Assembly: GCA_963524285.1 (NCBI GenBank)
Contig: CAURGZ010000002.1
Coordinates: 14,287 to 78,286, forward strand
Length of the DNA stretch: 64,000 bases
DNA from: an uncultured Atopobium sp.
Lineage (GTDB): Bacteria; Actinomycetota; Coriobacteriia; Coriobacteriales; Atopobiaceae
Direction of reading: 5' to 3'
The translations under genes were made by a program, and so were the position numbers. Every line of letters starts with the position of its first letter. The stretch's first letter is position 1. Positions 1 to 10,377 of the stretch are shown here, one piece after another. The notes under the pieces are model-generated. The model did not search any database. It was not told the DNA's origin and saw nothing but the letters and a program-made list of their open reading frames with translations.

Positions 1-1
1 C

Positions 2-502
2 CATAAGTTTTACCAGCTCAGTGGCAAATCTTTCTCCCGAGACAGCAATCTCTAAGTGAAAATCTTTTAAAGGATCGGCCAAAAATCCGCCCGCCATAAA
101 TGCTCCGCGCAAAAAAGCTCGCTGCGCCTGCTTGGTGTGGATAACACTCTTTGGAATGCCACTTACCAGGCCTTCTCCCGGTATATAAATGCCAAGAGCG
201 GAAAGTGCTTCTGCAAGCGAATCCTGGTTAGAAATCTCAAGCAAATAATTGCGTTTTTTATGCATGATAGAGCGGCGGTACTCAACGGAAGTACCCAGAT
301 CAAACAGACGGCGAGAAGAACTAATAACTGTTCGGGCAACCGTGCCAGTCTCAGTAACAATGCGAACGGCAAATTTGCCAGGACCGTGCATCGATAACGT
401 TCCGGAAACACGAATAAGCGCAGAAAGCTGGGCTAATTCACAGTCCGTCTGAATTTCTGGTACGCTGACCAGCTCATTTTGGACCAAGGCAGTAGAGGAC
501 AT
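2..502 (-). CDS. whiA: DNA-binding protein WhiA (5' part; runs off window start)
   Basis: Own translation from ATG at 502: MSSTALVQNEL...ELAQLSALIRVSGTL...RAFLRGAFMAGGFLADP..FHLEI, the WhiA LAGLIDADG-like signature. Directly downstream of rapZ. Confidence 0.9.
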   Translation of the reverse strand, partial: MSSTALVQNELVSVPEIQTDCELAQLSALIRVSGTLSMHGPGKFAVRIVTETGTVARTVISSSRRLFDLGTSVEYRRSIMHKKRNYLLEISNQDSLAEALSALGIYIPGEGLVSGIPKSVIHTKQAQRAFLRGAFMAGGFLADPLKDFHLEIAVSGERFATELVKLM

Positions 503-515
503 GACAGATTAACTT

Positions 516-1433
516 CTACTCAGCCTGCTGAGACTTCTTCTGAGCCGCATCAAGATCGCGATGGAACAGCGTTACGCGATAACCCTGGCTGGTAAGATGC
601 TCTGCGGTAGCACGTGCGATTGCAACGCTTCTATGCTGGCCACCCGTGCAACCTACCGCAATAGAAAGCAAACTCTTGCCCTCCTGCACATAGCCAGGCA
701 TTACTACATCAAGCAGCTCAAACCAAGACTTAAGGAATTTCTTAGTAGTGCCATGCTGAAGTACAAACTGAGCTACTGGCTCATCAAGACCAGTAAGTGG
801 TCTGAGCTCTGGATCATAGTAAGGATTAGGCAGGAATCGCACGTCAATCATAAGGTCAGCCTCAACGGGCAAACCATTTTTGAAACCAAAGGAAAACACG
901 CTAACATCCATAAGCTGCTGTTCAGCAAGCTCTGAAAATGCACGACGAAGGCGGCTCTTGAGCGTATTAGTACGCATAGACGAGGTATCTAGGACCACAT
1001 CTGCCAGCGCTTTTATGTCTTGAAGCTGTGCGCGCTCCTTAGAAATTGCAGATGAGAGATTTTCTCCCTCCTGCGCTAAAGGATGACGACGGCGATTCTC
1101 GCTATAGCGACGCATAAGTACTTCGTCTGAGGAGTCCAGATAAACAATCTTGTAGGTGAGCTCGTGATCTGCAAGAGACTTCAGAGCTTCAGAGATGTCA
1201 TCAAAAAGACCTTGCGAGCGCAAATCGCAGGTAACGGCCAAGTGGCGGCCAACACCTGTGTTAATGCCCACAAGGTTAGAAAGCTGCAAAATAAGAGCTG
1301 GTGGCAGGTTATCAATACAGAAATAACCCATGTCCTCAAACACATGAAGCGCCTGCGTGCGACCCGATCCAGACATACCCGTAATAATGACAATGTCGGG
1401 AATAACTGAAGGTGTGGGATCGTTTTTCTTCAC
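516..1433 (-). CDS. rapZ: RNase adapter RapZ/YvcJ family P-loop protein
   Basis: IITGMSGSG, CIDNLPP, SFGFKNG, DVRFLPNP, GCTGGQHRSV motifs. Confidence 0.95.
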   Translation of the reverse strand: MKKNDPTPSVIPDIVIITGMSGSGRTQALHVFEDMGYFCIDNLPPALILQLSNLVGINTGVGRHLAVTCDLRSQGLFDDISEALKSLADHELTYKIVYLDSSDEVLMRRYSENRRRHPLAQEGENLSSAISKERAQLQDIKALADVVLDTSSMRTNTLKSRLRRAFSELAEQQLMDVSVFSFGFKNGLPVEADLMIDVRFLPNPYYDPELRPLTGLDEPVAQFVLQHGTTKKFLKSWFELLDVVMPGYVQEGKSLLSIAVGCTGGQHRSVAIARATAEHLTSQGYRVTLFHRDLDAAQKKSQQAE

Positions 1434-1479
1434 AGGCGCTCCTTAAATACGTGACGAGAAAACCTTACCGCTCCAAGCG

Positions 1480-2169
1480 TTAATCCTCAAGTGCTGCAGC
1501 AAACCAAGAAGTAATTGAAGTTGGATGTGTAATGGCTGTACCTGAAACAACTGCCCAAGCGCCTGCATCCAGAGCATCTTTTGCGTCTTGTGGTGTGTGA
1601 ACGTGGCCCTCGCAAATAATGGCAATACCTGGGAATTCAGTAGTTGCCTGCTGGAGAAGGGCAATGTCAGGACCATCGTCAAGCGTTGTATCAATAGCGG
1701 CCTTGTTGTGAGAAAGTGTAGTTGAAACGAGGTCACAACCAGCGGCAACAGCGCGACGGATATCATCCATAGTCATGCAGTCAGCCATGATTAGCACGTC
1801 AGACTCTGCACGCAGAGTTGCAACAGTCTCTTCAAAGGTTCTACCATCAGGCCTTGGGCGGTCTGTTGCATCCAGGGCAACAACATCTGCGCCAGCGTGA
1901 ATACAAGCACGCGCATGACGAAGCGTAGGAGTAATGTAGACACCCTCATGACCCTCTTTCCAGAGGCCAATAACAGGAATTTCAACCCTACCCTTAATGG
2001 CAGAAATATCAGACAAACCCTGGCACCTAATAGCTGCAGCGCCGCCAAGCTCACAGGCGCGAGCAATCTGAGCCATGGTCTCTGGATGCCTCATAGGCTC
2101 ACCAGGATACGCCTGGACGCTAACAATGAGTTTTCCTTTAAGTGACTCAACAAGCTCTGAATATGCCAC
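1480..2169 (-). CDS. nanE: N-acetylmannosamine-6-phosphate 2-epimerase
   Basis: LIVSVQA..GEP, GAAAIR, PVIGLWK, VYITPT, GTAITHP motifs; nan cluster context. Confidence 0.95.
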   Translation of the reverse strand: MAYSELVESLKGKLIVSVQAYPGEPMRHPETMAQIARACELGGAAAIRCQGLSDISAIKGRVEIPVIGLWKEGHEGVYITPTLRHARACIHAGADVVALDATDRPRPDGRTFEETVATLRAESDVLIMADCMTMDDIRRAVAAGCDLVSTTLSHNKAAIDTTLDDGPDIALLQQATTEFPGIAIICEGHVHTPQDAKDALDAGAWAVVSGTAITHPTSITSWFAAALED

Positions 2170-2263
2170 GATATTCTCCTCACAAGAATGTACGTATGTT
2201 AAAGGTGCGTGTCTTTGCGGCGTGTCTGATCAGCAAATAATTTACCTGCTGACATGCTTCTGC

Positions 2264-3253
2264 CTAAAGACGTGTCTCTAAATAGCCAGGTAGAACAAGG
2301 TTTTCTGCAGCTCCAATAAGAGGAGCTTCTCCACCAAGCGTGCCCTTCACAATGGGCGTTGCCTGAACGGGAGGCATTGCCTGCAGCTTAAATGCGGCAG
2401 CTAGCGCCTCGTGCCAGTACTTGCCACACTCTGCAACGGAGCCAGACAGAATGATGACAGAAGGGTCAAGCATGTTGCACATGCTGCCCAAGACCTCACC
2501 AAGTGCGCGGCCCGAGCGCTCCTCTGCAGCCTGAGCGATCTTCTCGCCAGCAAGAGCTCTGCGGTCAATCTCTGCGCCATCAAGAGCAGAACCGTCTTCA
2601 AGCGTGTCGGAGCCACCAAGGCGGACGTACTCGCGAATAATGCCAGGACCTGCAGAAACAGGCTCAAGGTGAGAAGTTCCACCACAAGGACAATCAACGC
2701 CTGCAGCCGCTGGGGTTGCAACGTGACCGATGTGACCAGCCTCGTCGTGAGCACCCAGCATCAAGATACCGTGGTTCACAAAAGCGCCACCAATGCCCGT
2801 GCCAACAGCTACGGTTAAAACGCTGTCTTTGCCGTGGCCAGCACCGTGACGAGCCTCACCCAGAGCGTGAGCATGAACGTCATTAAGGACGCTGCACGGA
2901 AGGCCAAACTCACTGGTAACTGCAGAACCAAGAGCGGTTCCGCCCCAGCCGGGCATAAGCTCATTTGCGTAGGTGATGTCGCCCGTACGAGGGTCAACAA
3001 CACCAGCAGAAGAAATACCTACGCCAGAGATAGTAAGGTCCAGCTCTTCTGCGCGAGCAAGCGCCTCTTTAATTGCCTGGAGAACGGTGGCAAGAACCTG
3101 CTTGCCACCCTCTTTTGCGTTAGTTGGGACCTTCTTTACGGACTGGACGTTTGGAGCGTCAGTGCCGTTAAGGGTGACTATGCCGCAGGCAATTTTTGTG
3201 CCGCCAATATCAACAGCACAAACATGTGTTGGAGAAACAAACTTAGAGTCCAT
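2264..3253 (-). CDS. nanK: ROK family sugar kinase (N-acetylmannosamine kinase)
   Basis: DIGGTK, NDV.A.ALGE, GTGIGG, GHIGH...CPCG..HLE zinc motif; lies between nanA and nanE. Confidence 0.85.
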   Translation of the reverse strand: MDSKFVSPTHVCAVDIGGTKIACGIVTLNGTDAPNVQSVKKVPTNAKEGGKQVLATVLQAIKEALARAEELDLTISGVGISSAGVVDPRTGDITYANELMPGWGGTALGSAVTSEFGLPCSVLNDVHAHALGEARHGAGHGKDSVLTVAVGTGIGGAFVNHGILMLGAHDEAGHIGHVATPAAAGVDCPCGGTSHLEPVSAGPGIIREYVRLGGSDTLEDGSALDGAEIDRRALAGEKIAQAAEERSGRALGEVLGSMCNMLDPSVIILSGSVAECGKYWHEALAAAFKLQAMPPVQATPIVKGTLGGEAPLIGAAENLVLPGYLETRL

Positions 3254-3268
3254 GGTGTCCCCTCTTGT

Positions 3269-4192
3269 TTAGAGAAGGCCGTTTGCAATAAGAACCTGCT
3301 TGATTGCCTCACGGTTCTGTCCATCAAGTGGCTTAACAGGACGAGGCATCTGGTCAGAATCAAAAATGCCCATGAGGTTAAGTGCGCACTTGAATGCGCC
3401 AACGCCAGCACCATAGCCCTGAACGCCTGTAGTGACATCAAAGATGTGGGAAATCTCGTTGAGACGATCCTGCTCACGCTTGACCTCTGCCCAGTTACCT
3501 TCCTGAGCTGCCTTCCACATGCGGACGTAGCCCTCTGGCTCAACATTAGCAAGACCAGGTACAGAACCATCTGCGCCAGAGAGAAGAGCACCGTCAACAA
3601 CAATCTCATGGCCGGTCAAAAGGGTCAGAGGATGACCGTTCTTCTCGTTCTCCTGAACAAGATACCTGAAGGAGACGTCATCGCCAGAAGAGTCCTTAAC
3701 GCCTGCAAGAACACCCTCTGCGCCTAGACGAGCAAGCATCTTCCAAGGAAGTTTAGTGTGAACGCAGACGGGAATGTCATACGCAAACAGAGGTGCGTCC
3801 AGCTCCTGGTGAAGAATGCGGAAGTGCTCCTCAACATCAGCTGGGCCACCAAGTGCGTAGAAAGGAGCAGTTGCTACAAGAGCATCTGCACCCAGTGCGA
3901 GGGCACGACGACCGTGCTCCAAAACACGCTCGGTCTCGGTATCGATGATGCCCACAAGGACTGGAACGCGGTGGTCAACAATGCGGACAGCCTCGCGCAC
4001 AATCTGATCACGACGCTCATCAGTTGCAAAAACAACCTCACCGGAAGAGCCAAGGAAGAACAGGCCATCTACGCCAGCCTCAATGAGACGATTAATGGAG
4101 CGCTCAAACGACACAACATCAAGCTGATGGTCTGGGGTATCTGGGGTTACAACTGGTGGAATAACACCGCTAAATGGTACGTTACTGGACAT
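3269..4192 (-). CDS. nanA: N-acetylneuraminate lyase (DHDPS/NAL family)
   Basis: GSSGE, YDIP, GVKDSSGD Schiff-base lysine; cluster context. Confidence 0.85.
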   Translation of the reverse strand: MSSNVPFSGVIPPVVTPDTPDHQLDVVSFERSINRLIEAGVDGLFFLGSSGEVVFATDERRDQIVREAVRIVDHRVPVLVGIIDTETERVLEHGRRALALGADALVATAPFYALGGPADVEEHFRILHQELDAPLFAYDIPVCVHTKLPWKMLARLGAEGVLAGVKDSSGDDVSFRYLVQENEKNGHPLTLLTGHEIVVDGALLSGADGSVPGLANVEPEGYVRMWKAAQEGNWAEVKREQDRLNEISHIFDVTTGVQGYGAGVGAFKCALNLMGIFDSDQMPRPVKPLDGQNREAIKQVLIANGLL

Positions 4193-4309
4193 GCTTTATC
4201 CTTTCACACGTTGGAAAATCCAACTAGTTTCATACAACAATGTACTGAAGTAGCCGACCAAAGCATTGATCAAAAGCAACTTCAAAGAACCTACGTAATT
4301 ATAGTCCGC

Positions 4310-5296
4310 TTAGTTATGACAAAGCCCTGATATAACCTCGCAGAGATAGTTGATTTGATCGTTCTCAAACTGATTGATACGCTCGTGCCCATGCTTGGGG
4401 TACACGCGCATTTCCTTCTGTCCTGGCAAGCGATTGTACAGCGCAAACGTTCCTTCAGTTGGAGCGCTCTGGTCCAGCAGGGCCGTACCGATAAGCGCAG
4501 GTACACGCACCAGCTCTGCCGCGCACGCGCTGTCGAGAAGACCGACCGCGTCAATAGCTGCATCCGACTGCGGGGTGTCTCCGCACCCGACATGCGCTCG
4601 CAGGGTTGTTGCGTTGTCAGCAAAGAGCGGGTTCAGCGCCATAGTAGCGATCACTGCCTTGGGCAGAAGCGCCGCCGTAAACAATGCTTGCGAGCCACCT
4701 AGACCTTCTCCCCAGGTAACGGTTGTGCGCCCGAGGAAGCGCGATGCAACCGCGGTAGTTACCAGTGCGTCATCGATGGGCTGCTTGAGCGTGGAGGATG
4801 CGGCGTCATCCGGGTTGATGAGCGCGAGGGCAAGCTCCTCTGCGGCGAGCGCTCCCCTCCAGGCGTCTTTGAGTGACGCTTCGCATGGCCGAGCCTCTAG
4901 GGCTACAACGGGCATGCCAAGTGCCGAGAAGCGCAAAAGGTGCAGCCAGCTACGCACTCCCCGACCAAGATCGGAGAAGAGCACTACCGCGGGCAGCTTT
5001 GCCGAGGTGGATAGCTCTGCCGAAGCGGACAGCTCTGCTGGAGCTAGCGGTTCTGCCACCGACACACCTGCTGGAAGAATGACGCGAGCACGCAGCTGCG
5101 TCTGGTCAGTTGAGGTGAATGTGATGTGCTTAAACGTTGCCGCCTGGGTAGCAGACGGAAGCTCAACCACACTCTCTACGTGCGTATTTTGTGCAAACGA
5201 TACAGACGTCTCCCAAAATGATTCAAAGTTTGATGGTCTAAGCCACGCACCGCGATAAGAACGGGCATCTTCAAGCCTTTGTGTTAAACCCCTCAT
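4310..5296 (-). CDS. Acetyl esterase CE7/AXE1-like protein lacking the catalytic Ser
   Basis: RPSNFESFW N-terminus, LLDQSAP, KHGHE; nucleophile elbow reads WGEGLGG. Confidence 0.7.
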   Translation of the reverse strand: MRGLTQRLEDARSYRGAWLRPSNFESFWETSVSFAQNTHVESVVELPSATQAATFKHITFTSTDQTQLRARVILPAGVSVAEPLAPAELSASAELSTSAKLPAVVLFSDLGRGVRSWLHLLRFSALGMPVVALEARPCEASLKDAWRGALAAEELALALINPDDAASSTLKQPIDDALVTTAVASRFLGRTTVTWGEGLGGSQALFTAALLPKAVIATMALNPLFADNATTLRAHVGCGDTPQSDAAIDAVGLLDSACAAELVRVPALIGTALLDQSAPTEGTFALYNRLPGQKEMRVYPKHGHERINQFENDQINYLCEVISGLCHN

Positions 5297-6333
5297 GCTT
5301 TCACCTCGCCTTCTGCTTGAGCGGGAAATGACGAGTTCAACTCTTCAAGAGCTTGCTCTCCCTTGTCTGAGCAGAAGAAGTCAATGATTTTATCGTCAAA
5401 ATCGCCAATCTCTTCATGCGCATATCCGGGATACAACAAGTGTCTCTTTGGGCAGGTCAAGGCATTGTAAGCTGCAAACTGAGCCTCTGGAGGAACTACC
5501 GGATCATCAAGTCCGGTGCCAAAAAGCACAGGACAGGTAACCAGGCGTGCAAAATTAGCTGAATCAATATAGGCAAGCTTTGCAAAGACCTCATCAACGC
5601 GAGAACCATCTGCGTCAAACCAGCGGGAATAATAACGGATGCCCTCGTAGGCAACCTCATCAGCATTAAGCTCCCATACGCACCTAAAATCGGTAAGGAA
5701 GGGATAAAGGATTGCAGCTCTATTGATAAGGTCCGGGTTAAGTGCGCAGGTAGCAAGGCCAATACCACCACCCTGTGAGGCACCGTTTACAAAAATGCGA
5801 TCTGTATCAATGCCTTCAAGCTGTCGAACAATTCTGCAGAGCAAGCGAATGTTCTGATACAGGTGCACAAAGTAAAGATCCTCTACTGGTCCGTCCAGTC
5901 CAAGCACCAAATGACCAGAAACGGTAGTGCTCTTATATGAGCTTCCGTCCAAACTGCGGCCACCCTGCCCAGGATTATCAAGCGCAATCAGTGAGCAACC
6001 CAAGCCTAGAAATGAGCTCTGCTCAAACCAACTGCGAGAAGCCCCTGGATAACCGTGGAACTGTAGAACAAGCGGACTTTGTACGCCCGAGGCAGTCTGT
6101 GGGCGCAGATACTTTGCGTAAACTTCCGCGCCATCAATTCCCACAAACGTCAAATCAAAAAAATGAGCTGAAGCAGATGACGTGACTTCTGTTGAAGGTA
6201 CAATCTGCCAGCTGAGAGGAGCGTTATCCGCTTCCTCCATACGTGCCTTCCAAAACGCCTCAAAATCTGAAGGATAAGGCGTCAGAGCATGAGCTGCCTT
6301 CAATTCTGCAAGCTCAAGCGTTTCTTGGTGCAT
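5293..6333 (-). CDS. Acetyl esterase CE7/AXE1 family (cephalosporin-C deacetylase-like), candidate sialate O-acetylesterase
   Basis: PSDFEAFW, FHGY, PGQGG, GASQGG, DPVVPP, AHE triad. Start moved to ATG 6333 (SD AGGTGG). Confidence 0.85.
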   Translation of the reverse strand: MHQETLELAELKAAHALTPYPSDFEAFWKARMEEADNAPLSWQIVPSTEVTSSASAHFFDLTFVGIDGAEVYAKYLRPQTASGVQSPLVLQFHGYPGASRSWFEQSSFLGLGCSLIALDNPGQGGRSLDGSSYKSTTVSGHLVLGLDGPVEDLYFVHLYQNIRLLCRIVRQLEGIDTDRIFVNGASQGGGIGLATCALNPDLINRAAILYPFLTDFRCVWELNADEVAYEGIRYYSRWFDADGSRVDEVFAKLAYIDSANFARLVTCPVLFGTGLDDPVVPPEAQFAAYNALTCPKRHLLYPGYAHEEIGDFDDKIIDFFCSDKGEQALEELNSSFPAQAEGEVKA

Positions 6334-6399
6334 TGATCCACCTAACAAGCTAAAAGAGCGCAGCCTAAGCTGCGCTCTGGTCAAACAAAAACGTAAGCG

Positions 6400-7221
6400 C
6401 TACTCACCCAGTTTTGGATGAAGCAAAGATGGCGCAGCACCCAAAAGCGTCTTAGTGTAAGGATCTGTTGGATGCTCAAAGACCTGCTTAGCAGGACCAT
6501 CTTCCATAATCTGGCCGTGATTCATAACAATGATGCGGTCAGAAACATAGCGAACGGTCTGGATATCGTGCGAAATAAAGATCATCGAGAGACCCAGCTC
6601 AGACTTAAGGTCTGTAAGCAGGTTCAAGATCTGTGCACGAACAGAAACGTCCAGTGCGGAAGTAGGCTCGTCAGCAATGATTGCCGATGGATTCAGAGAA
6701 AGCGCACGTGCAATAGCAACACGCTGACGCTGACCACCAGAAAGCTGACCAGGAAGGGCGCGAAGTGCCGAATGTGGCAGTCCAACCAGGCTGACCAGCT
6801 CATTAATACGGGCTTCTCGCTCCTGCTCTGTTCCTACCTTATGTACCAGCAGTGGATCCATAAGCTGATCTTTAACAATCATGCGAGGGTTAAGAGCAGT
6901 TGCTGGGTCCTGGAAAACAACGGAGACAACGCGGCCAATCTGCTTCCTGAGCTCTGGAGTACGCTTGGTAACATCCATTCCCTTGAAGTACACATGACCG
7001 GACGTTGGTGACTGAAGACCACACATGACATTTGCGGTAGTAGACTTTCCGCAGCCAGACTCACCAACAATACCAATGGTCTCGCCAGGCATAAGCTTGA
7101 GAGAAACATTCTGTACTGCGTGGACCTTATTAGGCTTAAAGATTGAGCCTGTACGCGTCTTAAACGTAACCGAAATATCATCGAGGAAGATAATTGGCTG
7201 CTCTTCAGTAGTTGTAGCCAT
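6400..7221 (-). CDS. ABC transporter ATP-binding protein (peptide/nickel family, sialic-acid uptake)
   Basis: [25 protein letters not shown]. Confidence 0.9.
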   Translation of the reverse strand: MATTTEEQPIIFLDDISVTFKTRTGSIFKPNKVHAVQNVSLKLMPGETIGIVGESGCGKSTTANVMCGLQSPTSGHVYFKGMDVTKRTPELRKQIGRVVSVVFQDPATALNPRMIVKDQLMDPLLVHKVGTEQEREARINELVSLVGLPHSALRALPGQLSGGQRQRVAIARALSLNPSAIIADEPTSALDVSVRAQILNLLTDLKSELGLSMIFISHDIQTVRYVSDRIIVMNHGQIMEDGPAKQVFEHPTDPYTKTLLGAAPSLLHPKLGE

Positions 7222-9261
7222 TTACCTCACCTCCTTTTGAGAACGCTCAAGGTAAGGCACAAGACCATGCTCCTTCAGATACTCATCAGGCAGCTCGGAG
7301 AAACGATGGTGCTTACCAGGAATCTCCTTGATAACAGGATGTACCTCAAGACCCAAGTCTGGGTGGCTTGAACGAGGAGCAAACCTATCGCCTGTTGGGA
7401 AGTCCTCCGGAGAAGGGACAGAACCTGGTACCTGGTGAAGCCTGGTACCGTCCTGTGCGCCTTCCTCAATGGAAAGAACAGAGCCGAGAAGACCGCGGGT
7501 GTACTCGTGAACAGGATTGGTCAGAAGCTCAGTAGTAGCTGCCTGCTCAATAACCTGACCTGCGTACATAACGGTAATCTCAGAAGCAACCTCTGCAACA
7601 AGTGCAAGGTCGTGACTTACAAAGATCATTGCGAAGCCAAGACGACGCTGGAGGTCATTTAAGAGCTTGATAACCTGCTTCTGAACAGTAACGTCCAGAG
7701 CGGTTGTTGGCTCGTCGCAGATAACCAGAGAAGGATCGCGGGTAAGTGCCATAGCAATCAGAACACGCTGACGCTGGCCACCAGAAAGCTCGTGTGGATA
7801 AGACTCAAGCGTACGCTTTGGATCCAGGCCTACAAGCTCCAGAAGCTCCTCTGCAGAACGGGTGCCTCCCCTGCTGGTGAGCTGCTTCATCTGAGAAGAG
7901 ATAAGCATAGAAGGGTTCAAGGAAGACAAAGCGTCCTGATAGACCATTGCAAGCTCGTGTCCAAGCAGTTTGCGATGCTCTTCTTTGGAAAGCTTCAAGA
8001 GGTCTTGGTCTTTGTAGAGGACCTCACCAGTAATAGTCTCTTTTGGATCAGTCAGACCCATGATGACCTTAGTGGTAATAGACTTACCGCAGCCAGACTC
8101 GCCAACCAGTGCCATGCACTGACCAGGACGAACATCAAAGCTTACGTGGTCAACAACCTTAACGTCTCCGTGAGACTCAAAGCTGATGCAAAGATCCTTA
8201 ACGCTGAGCAGTGGCTTTACATCAAAGTCTGGCTTACGCCTATCAGTTCTGGAAAGCTCAACTTCTTTAAGTGCGTTGAGCCTGCGCTCAAGAGACTCTG
8301 CCTGCTCTGCATAGGCGCGAACTGGATCAGATGCAAGGATGTCATCTGCACGCCTAGAGTCAGAGTTCTCTGTATCAACAGGAGCGCCAGGTGCTGCTGC
8401 CATAGCGTCAGTAAGACCCTCGGAGAGGATATTCAGTGCCAGGCAGGTCATCATAATAGCCAGGCCTGGGAAGAATGCCTGCCACCAACGGCCAGCAAGA
8501 ACGCCAGCACGAGCATCAGCCAAGATGTTACCCCATGTTGGAGTTGGCTCTGCAATACCTGCACCAATGAAGGTCAGAGATGCCTCAAAGATGATTGCGT
8601 CTGCAACAAGCGTAACGGTAAAGACCATGATTGGAGCAATGCAGTTACGAAGAACATGCTTCCACAGAATCCATGGTGCACGAGCACCAGAAACAATGGT
8701 TGCCCTTACGTAATCTTCGCCGTACTCGCTTACGATGTTTGCGCGAACAATACGAGCAATCTGTGGCGTGTACATAAAGCCAATAGCAAAGATAATTGAA
8801 GGAACGCTGTTACCCAGAATAGAAACAAAGACTGCTGCAAGAGCAATGCCTGGGAACGACATGATGATGTCGAGCACACGCATGATGACCTCAGAGACAG
8901 CCTTTCTAGAAACAGCTGCAATTGCACCAATAATTGAGCCACACAGCAGTGCCATACCCGTAGCACCAAAGCCAATGACCAGTGAATACTGACCACCATA
9001 AAGCATACGAGAAAGAATATCGCGGCCCTTATCGTCAGTACCAAAAATGAATCCATTGCCTGGAGCCTGACGAGCGTTGAAAATCTCAAGTGGGTTATGT
9101 GGAGCAATAAAGTTTGCAAAGACAGAAGCAAGAACAACAAAGACAAGAATGACAAGAGCAATCTTGGAAGCTGTCTTCATCTTCTTGAAGCCACCAAAGG
9201 TTGAACCCTTTGCTGCAGCTTCTTCGAGCTTCTCGACTTGTTTTTTTCTAATTTGTACCAT
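7222..9261 (-). CDS. Fused ABC permease + ATP-binding protein
   Basis: N-terminal DppC-like TM domain (GTDDKGRDIL) fused to ATPase ([20 protein letters not shown]). Confidence 0.9.
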   Translation of the reverse strand: MVQIRKKQVEKLEEAAAKGSTFGGFKKMKTASKIALVILVFVVLASVFANFIAPHNPLEIFNARQAPGNGFIFGTDDKGRDILSRMLYGGQYSLVIGFGATGMALLCGSIIGAIAAVSRKAVSEVIMRVLDIIMSFPGIALAAVFVSILGNSVPSIIFAIGFMYTPQIARIVRANIVSEYGEDYVRATIVSGARAPWILWKHVLRNCIAPIMVFTVTLVADAIIFEASLTFIGAGIAEPTPTWGNILADARAGVLAGRWWQAFFPGLAIMMTCLALNILSEGLTDAMAAAPGAPVDTENSDSRRADDILASDPVRAYAEQAESLERRLNALKEVELSRTDRRKPDFDVKPLLSVKDLCISFESHGDVKVVDHVSFDVRPGQCMALVGESGCGKSITTKVIMGLTDPKETITGEVLYKDQDLLKLSKEEHRKLLGHELAMVYQDALSSLNPSMLISSQMKQLTSRGGTRSAEELLELVGLDPKRTLESYPHELSGGQRQRVLIAMALTRDPSLVICDEPTTALDVTVQKQVIKLLNDLQRRLGFAMIFVSHDLALVAEVASEITVMYAGQVIEQAATTELLTNPVHEYTRGLLGSVLSIEEGAQDGTRLHQVPGSVPSPEDFPTGDRFAPRSSHPDLGLEVHPVIKEIPGKHHRFSELPDEYLKEHGLVPYLERSQKEVR

Positions 9262-9265
9262 CGCA

Positions 9266-10222
9266 CTACACCGTCCTAATGCGTGGGTTAATCAAGATGT
9301 ACAACATATCAACAACAATGTTGATGATGATGAAGGACAGTGCAACGACAACGACAACGCCCTGAACAAGCATTGCCTCGTTACCCTGGATACCCTCAAG
9401 AATAGCGGTACCCATGCCAGGAAGGTTAAAAATAACCTCGATAACAACGGCGCCGCCCATGAGGTAACCAATCTTGAGGCCAAGTGTGGTTACAGGGGTA
9501 ATAAGAGCGTTGCGAAGTACGTTTCTTGCAATGACGATTCTCTCTGGAATACCAGCACCGCGAGCAGTACGGACGTAGTCCTTATCCAGCTCCTCGACCA
9601 TTGCGGTACGAACAATACGAGTCATCTGACCAGACATTGGAACCGCAAGTGCAAATGCCGGCATAATCATACGGGCAAGGTAGCCGCCAAGATTTACCGT
9701 AGGATCTGGTAGTGCTCCAGAGGCAGGCAAAAGCTTGAGCGTAGACGCAAAGACCAGAATCAAAAGAACTGCCAACCAGAATGATGGCGTTGCAAGACCG
9801 GCGATTGAGAATACACGAATGATTTGATCGGGCCATTGGTCTCTATAGAGAGCCGCAATAACGCCCAACGTAAACGAAACTATTGCGCCAATAAAGAGAC
9901 CCATAAAGGTCAACTGCATAGTTACTGGCAGTGCCTTTGAAATTCTTTCAGCAACTGAATAGTGAGAAGTGCCATAGGTACCCAAGTTTCCATGAGCAAC
10001 ATCACCGATATAACGTACATATCTCACAGGCCATGGGTCATCAAGGCCATTCTCAATGTGATACTGCTGGATAGCTTCTGCAGAAGCAGACTCTCCCAAG
10101 GCATTGTATGCAGGATCAACATGCGAGAAAGACATTAGGAAGAATACGAGAAAGGTGACGCCTAAAGCCATAATCGGCAGCGCAATAAGACGGCGTCCGA
10201 TAAGACGTAATAGGTTGTTCAC
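9266..10222 (-). CDS. ABC transporter permease (DppB-like)
   Basis: DYVRTARGAG, RNALITP, NPRIR motifs. Confidence 0.9.
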   Translation of the reverse strand: MNNLLRLIGRRLIALPIMALGVTFLVFFLMSFSHVDPAYNALGESASAEAIQQYHIENGLDDPWPVRYVRYIGDVAHGNLGTYGTSHYSVAERISKALPVTMQLTFMGLFIGAIVSFTLGVIAALYRDQWPDQIIRVFSIAGLATPSFWLAVLLILVFASTLKLLPASGALPDPTVNLGGYLARMIMPAFALAVPMSGQMTRIVRTAMVEELDKDYVRTARGAGIPERIVIARNVLRNALITPVTTLGLKIGYLMGGAVVIEVIFNLPGMGTAILEGIQGNEAMLVQGVVVVVALSFIIINIVVDMLYILINPRIRTV

Positions 10223-10309
10223 TATCTCCCCCTCTCTCTTTAAAACAAACCGTACAAATAAAATTTGATGAGACTTTAATCATCTCAGGACTAAATTTAG
10301 CGCACAAGA

Positions 10310-10339
10310 GCCCGAGCGTTATAGGTAAAACGCTCGGGC
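10310..10339 (-). other. Intercistronic stem-loop after the substrate-binding protein gene
   Basis: GCCCGAGCGTT...AACGCTCGGGC inverted repeat without a clear U-tract; typical of mRNA-stabilising hairpins. Confidence 0.55.
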
Positions 10340-10377
10340 CCCAATGTATGAGATGCTAAGCGCGTGATGGCAACAAA

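Noticed and set aside
7222..9261. Permease-ATPase fusion as a novelty
   Set aside because: Such fusions are already known in actinobacterial sialic-acid ABC importers.
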